Of a DNA stretch of 64,000 bases, positions 39,009-47,616 are shown piece after piece. Position 1 is the stretch's first letter. The number at the start of each line of letters is the position of its first letter. Below the pieces are notes generated by a model that made no database searches, was not told where the DNA came from, and saw only the letters and a list, made by a program, of their open reading frames with translations. Position numbers and translations under genes: made by a program. The stretch spans positions 768,001 through 832,000 of the forward strand of contig CAWFOU010000007.1 of the NCBI GenBank assembly GCA_963817525.1. The letters run 5' to 3'. Origin of the DNA: an uncultured archaeon. Its GTDB lineage: Archaea > Thermoproteota > Nitrososphaeria > Nitrososphaerales > Gagatemarchaeaceae.

Positions 39009-39437
39009 TTAAGCGTGAGTCCGCTGCCCCGTTAGCTCGGTCTCGCCGCCGGAGGAGAGCCTCTCGAGCGCGTGGACGGTCCCGCTCCTAAAGTGTCCCG
39101 CGGTCCTCCCCGACCCGATCTTGAGGAGCCCGTGGAACTCGATGTCCCACCTCGCCTCCAGCCTGTTGCCCGCGACCCTCACGGTCTGGGTCCCCGTGAA
39201 CGGGCCCGAGAGAAACCTATGGAAGAGCGTCTTGCTCGCGGGGTCGGCGGATATCTCAACCCTCCCCGACCCGCCGAAGGCGAACCTGGCGTCAGCGACG
39301 ACCTTGCCGCCCTGCCTATTCAGGACCTTGAGGGCCTTGGTCCCGTGCCAGTACTCCGGGATCCTCTCCACGTCGGACAGCCTTCCCCACACCGCCTCGG
39401 GGTCGCCCGGAAAGTCCAGGCTCGCCTCTATGAGCAC
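39009..39437 (-). CDS. SRPBCC-family protein
   Basis: PEAVWGRLSDVERIPEYW...GPFTG. Confidence 0.8.
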   Translation of the reverse strand: MLIEASLDFPGDPEAVWGRLSDVERIPEYWHGTKALKVLNRQGGKVVADARFAFGGSGRVEISADPASKTLFHRFLSGPFTGTQTVRVAGNRLEARWDIEFHGLLKIGSGRTAGHFRSGTVHALERLSSGGETELTGQRTHA

Positions 39438-39503
39438 GAAGGACAGCCAGAATGTCTTCGCCTATAACGGTTATTAGAGCCATGACCTCCCCGAATTCTC
39501 GGA

Positions 39504-39971
39504 ATGGTGCTCGTCCCCGTCCGCTACACGTTCAGCCAGAAGTTCTCGGTGCCCGTGGACGAGGCGTTCGCCTGGTCGATAGACTACGACCCGAACGACT
39601 TTTCCCTGATGGGCCAGGAGGGCAAGAGGAAGATCAACAAGCTCTCGGAGGACACTTTCATCCTCGAGGACGCCAGGCGGACCCCCGAGGGCATCGTCGA
39701 GAAGACGCGCCTCATCAGGGTCAACCACGACAAGCGCTCCTTCACCAACACTCACATCTCGGGCCCTACTCTCCACTCCCAGTTCTGGTACGAGTTCTTC
39801 CCCGAGGGCAAGCGGACGTCTAGGCTCGAGTTCACAGGGCTCCTGCTACTCCCGAGCGACAAGAAGCTGAGCACGAAGGAGGTGGCCGCCATCGCGGCCG
39901 CCGAGAAGAAGGGGGACTCGGCGATCTGGAGGCGCCTGGCGAAGGCCATGGAAGCCGAGCTGGGGAGGTAG
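39504..39971 (+). CDS. Hypothetical protein, tandem paralog 1 (SRPBCC-like)
   Basis: FSQKFSVP..EAF.W..DY.P.D..LMG shared with next ORF. Confidence 0.75.
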   Translation: MVLVPVRYTFSQKFSVPVDEAFAWSIDYDPNDFSLMGQEGKRKINKLSEDTFILEDARRTPEGIVEKTRLIRVNHDKRSFTNTHISGPTLHSQFWYEFFPEGKRTSRLEFTGLLLLPSDKKLSTKEVAAIAAAEKKGDSAIWRRLAKAMEAELGR

Positions 39972-39976
39972 TCACG

Positions 39977-40453
39977 GTGGCCGTCGTCACAATGAGGTAC
40001 GAGTTCTCCCAGCGCTTCCGCGTCCCCGCCGCCGAGGCCTTCAAGTGGCTGACGGACTACAGCCCGCGCGACCACGCGCTGATGGGTCACAAGGGCACGA
40101 GGAAGGTCACGCGGATCTCCGACGACACCATGATCCTGGACGACACGGTCTACCCCGGCGGCAGGGCTGTCCACAAGAAGAAGCTCATCAAGACCGACCA
40201 AAGGAAGCTGTGCTACTACAACGTCCACCTGACAGGCTCGACCAAGAACTCCATCTACACCTACAGGATAGTGCACGAGGGCGCGGGCGAGTCAAGGCTG
40301 GACTATACCGGGTACGAGATCTTCTACCCGAGGAAGGCCCCCACTGAGATGCAGCTCGCCGCCCAGGCGGCTGACGAGGAGGTCAACTGGACGAGGGAGT
40401 GGGGCCTCCTAGCCGAGGCGATGGAGAGCGACTTGCGCTCGAAGCGCGGCTAG
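39977..40453 (+). CDS. Hypothetical protein, tandem paralog 2 (SRPBCC-like)
   Basis: FSQRFRVP..EAF.W..DY.P.D..LMG...LAEAME. Confidence 0.75.
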   Translation: MAVVTMRYEFSQRFRVPAAEAFKWLTDYSPRDHALMGHKGTRKVTRISDDTMILDDTVYPGGRAVHKKKLIKTDQRKLCYYNVHLTGSTKNSIYTYRIVHEGAGESRLDYTGYEIFYPRKAPTEMQLAAQAADEEVNWTREWGLLAEAMESDLRSKRG

Positions 40454-40459
40454 CCCCGG

Positions 40460-40491
40460 TCACTCACACTTGTCATAGCCGCAATTCGTGC
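40460..40491 (-). repeat. Orphan copy of nrdJ 3' end
   Basis: Encodes TNCGYDKCE*; 24/32 identical to 41026-41057 (TNCGYSKCE*). Confidence 0.88.
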
Positions 40492-41091
40492 TGGATGGGC
40501 CGATAAATACGGCGAAGCTCTGCTATAACGTTGGCTTCTCTGAGACTCTGCAACAGGTGCAAGCGGGAATTACCGATTTGTGAATTCTATACTCAGCCAT
40601 CTGGAATCCGTCGCATCTGCAAAGAATGCGATAATGAATACTCGAGAAACTATCACAAAACACACCCCGAATACGATAAGCGATATGAGAAGGAATACGC
40701 GAGGAGGAACCCGAAGAGAAGATGGGCAACGGCTTGCTTGTCAGGCCATCGTAGAAATGGATACATCACCGAAATCACATCTAAGGAACTCTACCAGATT
40801 GCCTGCAAAACGGAACTTTGCTTCATCTGTGGATGTCAGATAGACTGGCAGCTGGGTAACAAGGGTCACATGCACAACAAGAGTCCAACCCTAGACAGGC
40901 TGGACAACGGAGATACGATTAGGAGCGGTAACGTCCTAATCATGTGCTACCAATGCAACGCGACGAAGCGCGACAGAACCTTGAAGGAGTTCCTAGACTA
41001 TTGCAGGGTCGTTACTGCAAATTTGCTACTCACACTTAGAATACCCGCAATTGGTACATTTATAGCAACCGCTTTCGAAGATTATTGCATT
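40492..41091 (+). mobile_element. Putative homing cassette: HNH-like gene plus recoded nrdJ 3' end
   Basis: AT-rich block between two copies of the nrdJ terminus. Confidence 0.65.
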
Positions 41092-41202
41092 CTCGTTGCA
41101 GTCGGGGCAAGTGCCTCCGCGCATCAGGGGTACGGACGACTCCTTGTTGACCTTGCCCGAGGTGAGGACCTCGAGCGCCTTGGCCACCGCGTCAGGGATT
41201 GA
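40531..41202 (+). CDS. Free-standing HNH/EndoVII-like endonuclease
   Basis: CNRC...CKEC zinc ribbon; CFIC...SPTLDRLDN...NV..MCYQCNATK; tail overlaps nrdJ antisense. Confidence 0.82.
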   Translation: MASLRLCNRCKRELPICEFYTQPSGIRRICKECDNEYSRNYHKTHPEYDKRYEKEYARRNPKRRWATACLSGHRRNGYITEITSKELYQIACKTELCFICGCQIDWQLGNKGHMHNKSPTLDRLDNGDTIRSGNVLIMCYQCNATKRDRTLKEFLDYCRVVTANLLLTLRIPAIGTFIATAFEDYCILVAVGASASAHQGYGRLLVDLARGEDLERLGHRVRD

Positions 41203-43317
41203 GAGCAGCTGGACCCCCTCCTCCCAGGAGACGTACTTGCCGCGGATGCCCTTTAGCATCTTCACGACGCTCTGGATGTCCCCGCCGTGCTGGAGGTAGA
41301 GGCTGATGAGCCTGCCTATAGCCTCGGCGTCGGCTTTCTCGTCGCCCCCTAGCTTGCCCAGGGTCACGAAGACCTCCTTCAGGGTGCCCGCCTCGTCCGA
41401 GTTGGCGGTGACGTAGAGCCCTCCCTGGGGCAGCTTGAGCTTCAGCGTCCGCCCGGTCATCACCTTGGGCCTCTCGAAGGCCGTGGGCGCCTCCTGCTTC
41501 GGCTCGGCCCTAGCGGCCGCCGCGCCCGCCTCCTTCTTCTTGTCGACGTTGGCCGTCTCGAGGATGCCCTCCCTGCTCCCCTCCCTGTAGACCGTGATGC
41601 CCTTGCACCCGAGCTTCCACGCCTGGAAGTAGATCTTGGCGACCTCCTCCGTGGAGGTGTCCTGGGCGAGGTTCACCGTGCTGGAGATGGCGGTGTCGAT
41701 GTGCTTCTGGATCGCGGCCTGCATCTTCACCCTCATCTCGGGCTTGATCTGGTGGGCCGTCACGAAGTACGAGGGCAGGGAGTTCTCGTCGGTGATGCGG
41801 AATACGCGCATGTACTCCTTCACGAGCGGGTGCCAGACCTTGAACTCGCCCTCGCTCAGCGACTTGCTCCTCCTCGTGTAGTATAGCGCGAAGACCGGCT
41901 CGACCCCGCTGGACGACCCCACGAAGATGGAGCCAGACCCGACCGGGGGCACCGTCGTGAGCGCAGAGTTCCTGATCCCCTGCGCCCTGATCTTGTCCTT
42001 GACCTTCGAGTCGAGCCTCTTGATGAAGGGCTGCGCCAGGTGCTTGTCAGCGTCGAAGGCGGGCGCCGGGCCCTTCTCCGTCGCGAGGTCGGTGGAGTAG
42101 TCGTAGATGATGTTCGTGATCCTGCTGAAGAGGCTGTCGACGAAGTCGACCGTCGCCTCGTCGTCGTACTTCATCCCCAGCTTGATCAGCATGTCCCCTA
42201 GCCCCGTCGTCCCGACGCCCACCCTCCTGGACCACAGGGAGGCCTTCTTCTGCTGGGGGAGCGGGTGCTTGTCGGCGTTGTAGTCGAGGACGTTGTCGAG
42301 GAACCTCGTGGCGTGCTGAGCAGCCATGGTGAGGCCGCTCCAGTCTATGCTGGCGCGGTCGGTGAACGCGTCCTTCACGAACGAGCTCAGGTTTATCGAG
42401 CCCAGGCAGCAGCAGCCGTAGTTCTCCAAGGTCTGCTCGCTGCACGGGTTGACGCCCTCCACCGCCATGCCGTTGTACTCGGTCGTCGAGTCCCTCTTGA
42501 TGGTGTCCCAGAAGATCAGGCCGGGCTCGTCGCTCTGCCAGGCCGCCTTTACGAGCTGATTCCAAACGTCCCTGGCGCGGACAGTCTTCTCGAACTTCAC
42601 CTTCTCGTTCTGGAACCTGAGGGTGAAGTCGGAGTCCTTCTCCACCGCGTTCATGAACTCGTCGGTGATCTTGACGGAGATGTTCGCATAGTTGACCTTC
42701 TTCAGGTCCTTCTTGACGTTGATGAAGTCGAAGATGTCGGGGTGGTCTACGCGCAGCGTGATCATCAGGGCGCCCCTCCTGCCCGCCTGCCCTATCGTCC
42801 CCGTCGTGGTCGATAGGAGCTCCATGAACGAGACCGAGCCGGAGCTGAAGATCGCCGAGTTGTTGACGGGCGTGCCGCGCGGCCTCAGCAGGGAGATGTC
42901 CGTGCCGACTCCGCCGCCGAAGCTGTAGGTCCTCGCCGCCTCCTTGCACCAGTCGAAGATGCCCTCTATCGAGTCTTCCCTGATCTTGAAGAAGTAGCAG
43001 TTGAGGAGCGTAGACCGCCTGGGCTGGCCTGCGCCGAACATTATCCTTCCGCCGGGTACAAATTTGAAATCGTCAAGTAGCCAATAGAACTTCTCCGTCC
43101 ATTCGTTCCTCTTCTCGTCGTTTACCTCAACCGAGGCGAGCTCGCGCGCCACCCTCCGCCAGAGCTGCTTCGGGGTCGTCTCGACCTGCTTGCCTGACTC
43201 GTCCCTCAGCGCGTACTTTTCGTAGAAGACCCGCGACCTGAGCTCGTCGCCGCCGAAAGCCTCGAGCGTCTCCTTTGGTAGGACGACCTCGGGCGCCTTC
43301 TGGAGCTGCTGCTCCAT
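41026..43317 (-). CDS. nrdJ: Class II (B12-dependent) ribonucleotide reductase
   Basis: FVPGGRI, LLNCY, RRGA, NPCSEQ, CCLGSINL, GVEP, KGITVYR, C-terminal CxxC..CxxCGYSKC; SD-supported ATG 43317 (ORF open to 43428). Confidence 0.96.
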   Translation of the reverse strand: MEQQLQKAPEVVLPKETLEAFGGDELRSRVFYEKYALRDESGKQVETTPKQLWRRVARELASVEVNDEKRNEWTEKFYWLLDDFKFVPGGRIMFGAGQPRRSTLLNCYFFKIREDSIEGIFDWCKEAARTYSFGGGVGTDISLLRPRGTPVNNSAIFSSGSVSFMELLSTTTGTIGQAGRRGALMITLRVDHPDIFDFINVKKDLKKVNYANISVKITDEFMNAVEKDSDFTLRFQNEKVKFEKTVRARDVWNQLVKAAWQSDEPGLIFWDTIKRDSTTEYNGMAVEGVNPCSEQTLENYGCCCLGSINLSSFVKDAFTDRASIDWSGLTMAAQHATRFLDNVLDYNADKHPLPQQKKASLWSRRVGVGTTGLGDMLIKLGMKYDDEATVDFVDSLFSRITNIIYDYSTDLATEKGPAPAFDADKHLAQPFIKRLDSKVKDKIRAQGIRNSALTTVPPVGSGSIFVGSSSGVEPVFALYYTRRSKSLSEGEFKVWHPLVKEYMRVFRITDENSLPSYFVTAHQIKPEMRVKMQAAIQKHIDTAISSTVNLAQDTSTEEVAKIYFQAWKLGCKGITVYREGSREGILETANVDKKKEAGAAAARAEPKQEAPTAFERPKVMTGRTLKLKLPQGGLYVTANSDEAGTLKEVFVTLGKLGGDEKADAEAIGRLISLYLQHGGDIQSVVKMLKGIRGKYVSWEEGVQLLSIPDAVAKALEVLTSGKVNKESSVPLMRGGTCPDCNENAIIFESGCYKCTNCGYSKCE

Positions 43318-43627
43318 CACCTCTCCTTCTTTTTTAGATTCAACCTCAGTTGTCAAATGTGAAATCGCGCACTCTCTCCAATCCTGACCTTTATCTGGTT
43401 CTTGGTGGACGATTCCTTCACCAGACATACCCTTAAATGTTATTTCGAGCGTGTGTTTCTCAAGAAAGCTACCGTTACCCGCGGCTTACGCTCATCATTT
43501 CATCGGTGAAGGAAAGATACTGGCATGCCCGAGTGAAAACTGGGGCCGGAGCCTTGGCGGGCTCACGTCAAACTCTGGCGGCGCTGGGGTCCTGGGAGTG
43601 ATCCGGGCGGTCCAAGAATCCCGATCG

Positions 43628-43655
43628 CATCCTGTCAACTCTAGTTGACAGGATG
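43628..43655. promoter_or_regulatory. Perfect 13-bp inverted repeat upstream of nrdJ
   Basis: CATCCTGTCAACT-ct-AGTTGACAGGATG. Confidence 0.65.
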
Positions 43656-43674
43656 TCAAACTGTTTTTGCTAAA

Positions 43675-45762
43675 TTATTCCGCTGTCGAATATTGCGCGG
43701 TGGCGGTCGACCTGCACTTGGTGCACCTCTCGGTCTTCGCGGGCAATTTTGACCCGCAGTTGCGGCAGAACGACACTATCTTCTCGATCCCGAAGAACTC
43801 GAGCTTGGCAGTCGCGCCCATCGTGAGGTTGTATATCCCGCGCATGTCGAGCGACGTCGCGTCGAGGTAGACCGACAGCCCTGCCGCGGCGCCCTGGCTG
43901 AGCTTCGAGATGTAGCCCATCGTCTCGGCGTTGTTGAGGTCCTCCATCGTCAGCCTGGCTGCCTGCGAGTATCCCCTCTTCTCCAGGCTCTGGAGGTTCG
44001 CCCTGCCATACCTCTCCGAGTCGAGTGCGGCCAGCCTCCCCGCCCCCTCCGCCTCGATGAGCGCTATCCCCAGGCGCTCGCTTTTCCCCGACCTCTCGGC
44101 TGCGGACTGCGCGGCGGTCCCCAGTACCTTCGCGGCGAGCTCCGCCCTGGCGCCGGGGGCTGCGTCCTTGCTCAGGCCGAAGAGGGCCTCGTCGAGCCCC
44201 ACCAGGTTCATCACTAGCGGCATCTCGTCGGAGCTCACGTTGTCCGACCCGAAGCTCAGCGCGGGCAGCAGCCCCTTGTTCATCACCCTCTCCAGGAGGC
44301 GCCTTCGCGTGATCAGCGCGTCCGACGCGACTCCCATGAGCATGGATAGCTTCGCCCTGAAGTACGTCTCGTCCTGGTTCGACTCGTAGGAGAGCCTCGG
44401 GAGGTTGATGCTCAGGTTGTGCAGGACGCTGACGTTGTCGGCCTGGTGGTCCGCCGGGAGGATGTCGAGGTTGATGCCCAGGGAGCTCCTCTTCTGCCCT
44501 GAGGGGAAGAACGCGACCTTCCCGCCGTGAAACGCTATCGCCGCCGCGTCCTTGAGGTAGGAGCTGTCTTCCGACTTGTTCGGTTTCGCCAACAGGAGGC
44601 GGACCTCCGGCCTCGGGACCTGCTCGACGTAGTCCCTGTATGCGTCGAGGGTCGCGGCGAGGGTCTTCTCCATGAGCTCCCGCCCCGCGTCGTCCTTGGC
44701 GTAGATGTCCAGCTGCAGGGTCACCGAAGGCCTCTGGGTGGGCTGGAGCACCGAGGAGACCTGGTCGAAGAACTTGACGAGCGCGTCTGCCACGTCGCGC
44801 TTCGTCCTCGACCTGGTGAACTGCGCGAGGTACTGGAGGAAGTTCCTGTAGACAATCTCCTGGTTCGCCTCCTTCTTGATGAGGGGGGTGATGTTTGAGA
44901 TGACGTTGATGGCCTCCTCCAGGTTCCCGGGGCTCTGGAGCATCGGGACGCCGGGAAGCCTCCCCTTAGGGTTGAACCCCGACGCGCGGACTGAGAGGAG
45001 GTCGAGGAATATCGTGTCGGGGAGGAGCGCCCACGTCCCCGCCTCCGAGATGTGGATGTCCCCGTTGAGGTGGGCGTCAGAGACGTCCCTGGGGAGCTGC
45101 TCGAGGAGGAGGTACTCGGAGAAGACGGACTTGCCCGTCTGGTGCAGCAGGGACTCCGCGTCCCCGCCGTCGCCCCCCGCCTTGGCGAGGAGCTGGGTGA
45201 CGTCGAACACGGGGAGGCCGAGTCGCGTGAGCTTGTGCCTGTACTCCTCGAGGTTCTGCTCGACGAGGAGCGAGTTGACCATCTCCCTGATGAGGGGGGC
45301 GGTCAGGTACTGGGTCTGGAACTTGTAGAGGCGGGACTCCGTCTCGCTGGTGATCTTCTGGGCGAGCTCGACGGGCATCCCCGCCTCCTTGACCAGCGAC
45401 TGGAGGATCTTGTCCGCGTTGAACTCCTCCATGGCCTGGCGGGTAGTCCTGACGTAGAGCTTCCCGCTCTCGATGAGCGACTGCTCCTCTATCTGCCGCG
45501 TGAGGTTGAGGACGAGCCTCCCGAGGTTGGTGACCGTGTACTTGCGCTCCTGCCTGTTGAGCTGGATGAGGAGCTGGCGGACGAGCTTCCTCAGGTGGTA
45601 GGCGAACTTGCCCGACTCCTTCTTCGACTTGAATCCGGCGAGCGACTTTAGCGCGCTGTAGGTGAGAGGGCCCTTGACGTTGAGTATCTTTAGGATCTCC
45701 AGCCTCTGCGGAGAGGCGATGACGCTGTAAATTGTCCTGACACGGCGAGGAGCGGCTTGCAT
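43675..45762 (-). CDS. wHTH-ATP cone-NrdD-like protein lacking glycyl-radical motif
   Basis: ArsR-like N-terminus (RLEILKIL...FAYHLRKL), ATP cone, TRLGLP, AHLNGDIH, SINLPR, CRNC/CTKC, no RxxGY. Confidence 0.85.
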   Translation of the reverse strand: MQAAPRRVRTIYSVIASPQRLEILKILNVKGPLTYSALKSLAGFKSKKESGKFAYHLRKLVRQLLIQLNRQERKYTVTNLGRLVLNLTRQIEEQSLIESGKLYVRTTRQAMEEFNADKILQSLVKEAGMPVELAQKITSETESRLYKFQTQYLTAPLIREMVNSLLVEQNLEEYRHKLTRLGLPVFDVTQLLAKAGGDGGDAESLLHQTGKSVFSEYLLLEQLPRDVSDAHLNGDIHISEAGTWALLPDTIFLDLLSVRASGFNPKGRLPGVPMLQSPGNLEEAINVISNITPLIKKEANQEIVYRNFLQYLAQFTRSRTKRDVADALVKFFDQVSSVLQPTQRPSVTLQLDIYAKDDAGRELMEKTLAATLDAYRDYVEQVPRPEVRLLLAKPNKSEDSSYLKDAAAIAFHGGKVAFFPSGQKRSSLGINLDILPADHQADNVSVLHNLSINLPRLSYESNQDETYFRAKLSMLMGVASDALITRRRLLERVMNKGLLPALSFGSDNVSSDEMPLVMNLVGLDEALFGLSKDAAPGARAELAAKVLGTAAQSAAERSGKSERLGIALIEAEGAGRLAALDSERYGRANLQSLEKRGYSQAARLTMEDLNNAETMGYISKLSQGAAAGLSVYLDATSLDMRGIYNLTMGATAKLEFFGIEKIVSFCRNCGSKLPAKTERCTKCRSTATAQYSTAE

Positions 45763-46013
45763 GTCTTCACACGCATGGAGTCTAAACTATATAATGATGA
45801 CATCACCGAGAGTCAAATAAAATCCACTCCCTCTGATGGAATGGCCGACGATATCGTAAGATTGGGCATAGTGTAGATTTCGCCCGCAGCACACGATGCT
45901 TACTTGACGAGTTCTTCCTCAGCTTGCTAAATGACCGAAGATTCTCAACCAGCTCCCAGAACTCATCGTAGCTCCTGCCTCTACGATAGACCTGCAAGAG
46001 CTGCTTGACAAGA

Positions 46014-46154
46014 TCACTTTCGATTTCTGCTAGTTCTTCGGCCAGAGCGTTTCTTTCCTCCCGACTTACCAATAATCGCTTCCACCGCTTTCTCCGCTAG
46101 CTTCCGTCGCTCCTCTTTGGACAAGCTGGAAATCTTCTCCTCGTCGCTTAGCAT
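46014..46154 (-). CDS. Small basic hypothetical protein (46 aa)
   Basis: MLSDEEKISSLSKEERRKLAEK...; GAAGGAGG SD and TTAAATA box upstream. Confidence 0.4.
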   Translation of the reverse strand: MLSDEEKISSLSKEERRKLAEKAVEAIIGKSGGKKRSGRRTSRNRK

Positions 46155-46218
46155 TCTTCAAGCTCCTCCTTCCCGCCTATTACTCGTGCTCGATATTTAA
46201 ACGGCATCGGCGTGAATT

Positions 46219-46371
46219 TGGTGGGGTCGCCCGGATTTGAACCGGGGGTCTCAAGCGCGCTCGGACTAAGCAAAAGCGATTTTGCCGTAGTCTCCCAAGG
46301 CTTGAAGCCTAGACCAGACTAGCCCCGCGACTCGAGCAGCAGCCCGATTATGCGGCCTAGCCGACGACCCC
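46219..46371 (-). tRNA. tRNA-Pro(TGG) with canonical intron (46258-46293) and non-canonical 15/16 intron (46319-46356)
   Basis: Spliced GGGGTCGTCGGCTAGTCTGGTCTAGGCTTCAAGCCTTGGGCGCTTGAGACCCCCGGTTCAAATCCGGGCGACCCCACCA; both introns form BHB motifs. Confidence 0.93.
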
Positions 46372-46416
46372 CGGCGTCCGCATGGATGGTTTTTATTAAA
46401 ACGATTCTAATCTATC

Positions 46417-46959
46417 GTGCGGGCTGTTTCAATACGCAGTTCCAGAATCGCAATAATGGCCTATCTAATCGGATTATTTGATGGCGAAGGCTGCCTGACA
46501 ATAAACGTCGAGAAAGACAAGAGGAAAGGAGCTATTTCAGAAGTCGGAGCATGGAGAATAATCCCATGCGTCCAATTCACCAATTCGGATAACGCCCTCG
46601 TCTTGGCGATTGACAGAATGCTCAAGACTCTTGGTCAGCATCCCACTATCCAAAGATATCCAAATGGGTCGGCTCACGTTAGACTCTGGCGTGCAAGTGA
46701 AATCGAGGCATTTTGTAGAGAAGCCATGATGTTTTCGAATGGCGCCAAATCGGCGCAGCTCTCCATATTCATCAACAAACTAATCCCCATTTTCGAATCT
46801 CGTCCTCTCATGGGCAAGAGAGGAGGAAGGATTTGGACCACGACGCTGTTTCTCCAAGCAATGACTCTGATAGATGAGATTAATCAATTCAAGAGAAGTC
46901 GAAGGACGGCTCGTCGTTACAGCCGGGCATACTTCGCAGCGCTCTGGAATTTGCAGTAG
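46417..46959 (+). CDS. Free-standing single-motif LAGLIDADG homing endonuclease
   Basis: AYLIGLFDGEGCL, VQFTNSD; AT-rich. Confidence 0.92.
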   Translation: MRAVSIRSSRIAIMAYLIGLFDGEGCLTINVEKDKRKGAISEVGAWRIIPCVQFTNSDNALVLAIDRMLKTLGQHPTIQRYPNGSAHVRLWRASEIEAFCREAMMFSNGAKSAQLSIFINKLIPIFESRPLMGKRGGRIWTTTLFLQAMTLIDEINQFKRSRRTARRYSRAYFAALWNLQ

Positions 46960-46964
46960 CCTCG

Positions 46965-46981
46965 GACTAGCCGACGACCCC
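46965..46981 (-). repeat. Orphan duplicate of tRNA-Pro 5' end
   Basis: Minus strand GGGGTCGTCGGCTAGTC equals first 17 nt of spliced tRNA-Pro. Confidence 0.9.
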
Positions 46982-47009
46982 TACGCCCCCCTCTCCGCCC
47001 ATTCGTTAG

Positions 47010-47591
47010 TTATGCATTCCTCTTTGAGACGAAGGGACTCCCCTCGACGAAGAAGCGCCACGGCAGCTCCTTCGCCTTGCTTATCCCTATCCTGGCCGAC
47101 GCCTTGACGGGCACGACCCCCTCCTTATCGACGACGTAGATCCTCTTGGAGGTCACCAGGTCCTCACCGTTGAAGCCCCCGTCGATCTCGAGGGCCTGCG
47201 TGAGGTTTCCCGGCCCGTTGGCGAGTCTCTGGAGCTCGGACACGCCTCGGTTTCTCATCATCTTCTCGACCCCCTCCATCGGCTCCAAGGCCCGGATCAA
47301 GATCCCCCCGGGCTCCCCAGGCTTCTCGGCGGTGAAGTTCAGGCACCAGTGGTTCCCGTAGGAGAAGAACATGTAGACGTGCCCGGCCTCCCCGAACATG
47401 ACGGCGCTCCTCTTGGTCGCCCTCCGATACGAGTGGCTCGCCGGGTCGTCGGTGCCCCGATAGGCCTCCGCCTCCACGATCCTCCCCGAGAGCACGCTCC
47501 TCCCCACCCTTCTCACGAGCACGCACCCCAGGAGCTCCCGCGCGACGTCGAGAGTGTATCGAGAGTAGAAGCTACGGCCGAGGCGGTCCAC
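47010..47591 (-). CDS. mpg: 3-methyladenine DNA glycosylase (AAG/MPG family)
   Basis: GRIVEAEAY..DPASH, YGNHWCLN, LIRALEP, GPGNL, RIGI. Confidence 0.95.
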   Translation of the reverse strand: MDRLGRSFYSRYTLDVARELLGCVLVRRVGRSVLSGRIVEAEAYRGTDDPASHSYRRATKRSAVMFGEAGHVYMFFSYGNHWCLNFTAEKPGEPGGILIRALEPMEGVEKMMRNRGVSELQRLANGPGNLTQALEIDGGFNGEDLVTSKRIYVVDKEGVVPVKASARIGISKAKELPWRFFVEGSPFVSKRNA

Positions 47592-47616
47592 ATGGCCCCC
47601 CGAGCTCGCCTGCTTA

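Noticed and set aside
43430-43625. Cobalamin riboswitch upstream of nrdJ
   Set aside because: No B12-box consensus recognised.
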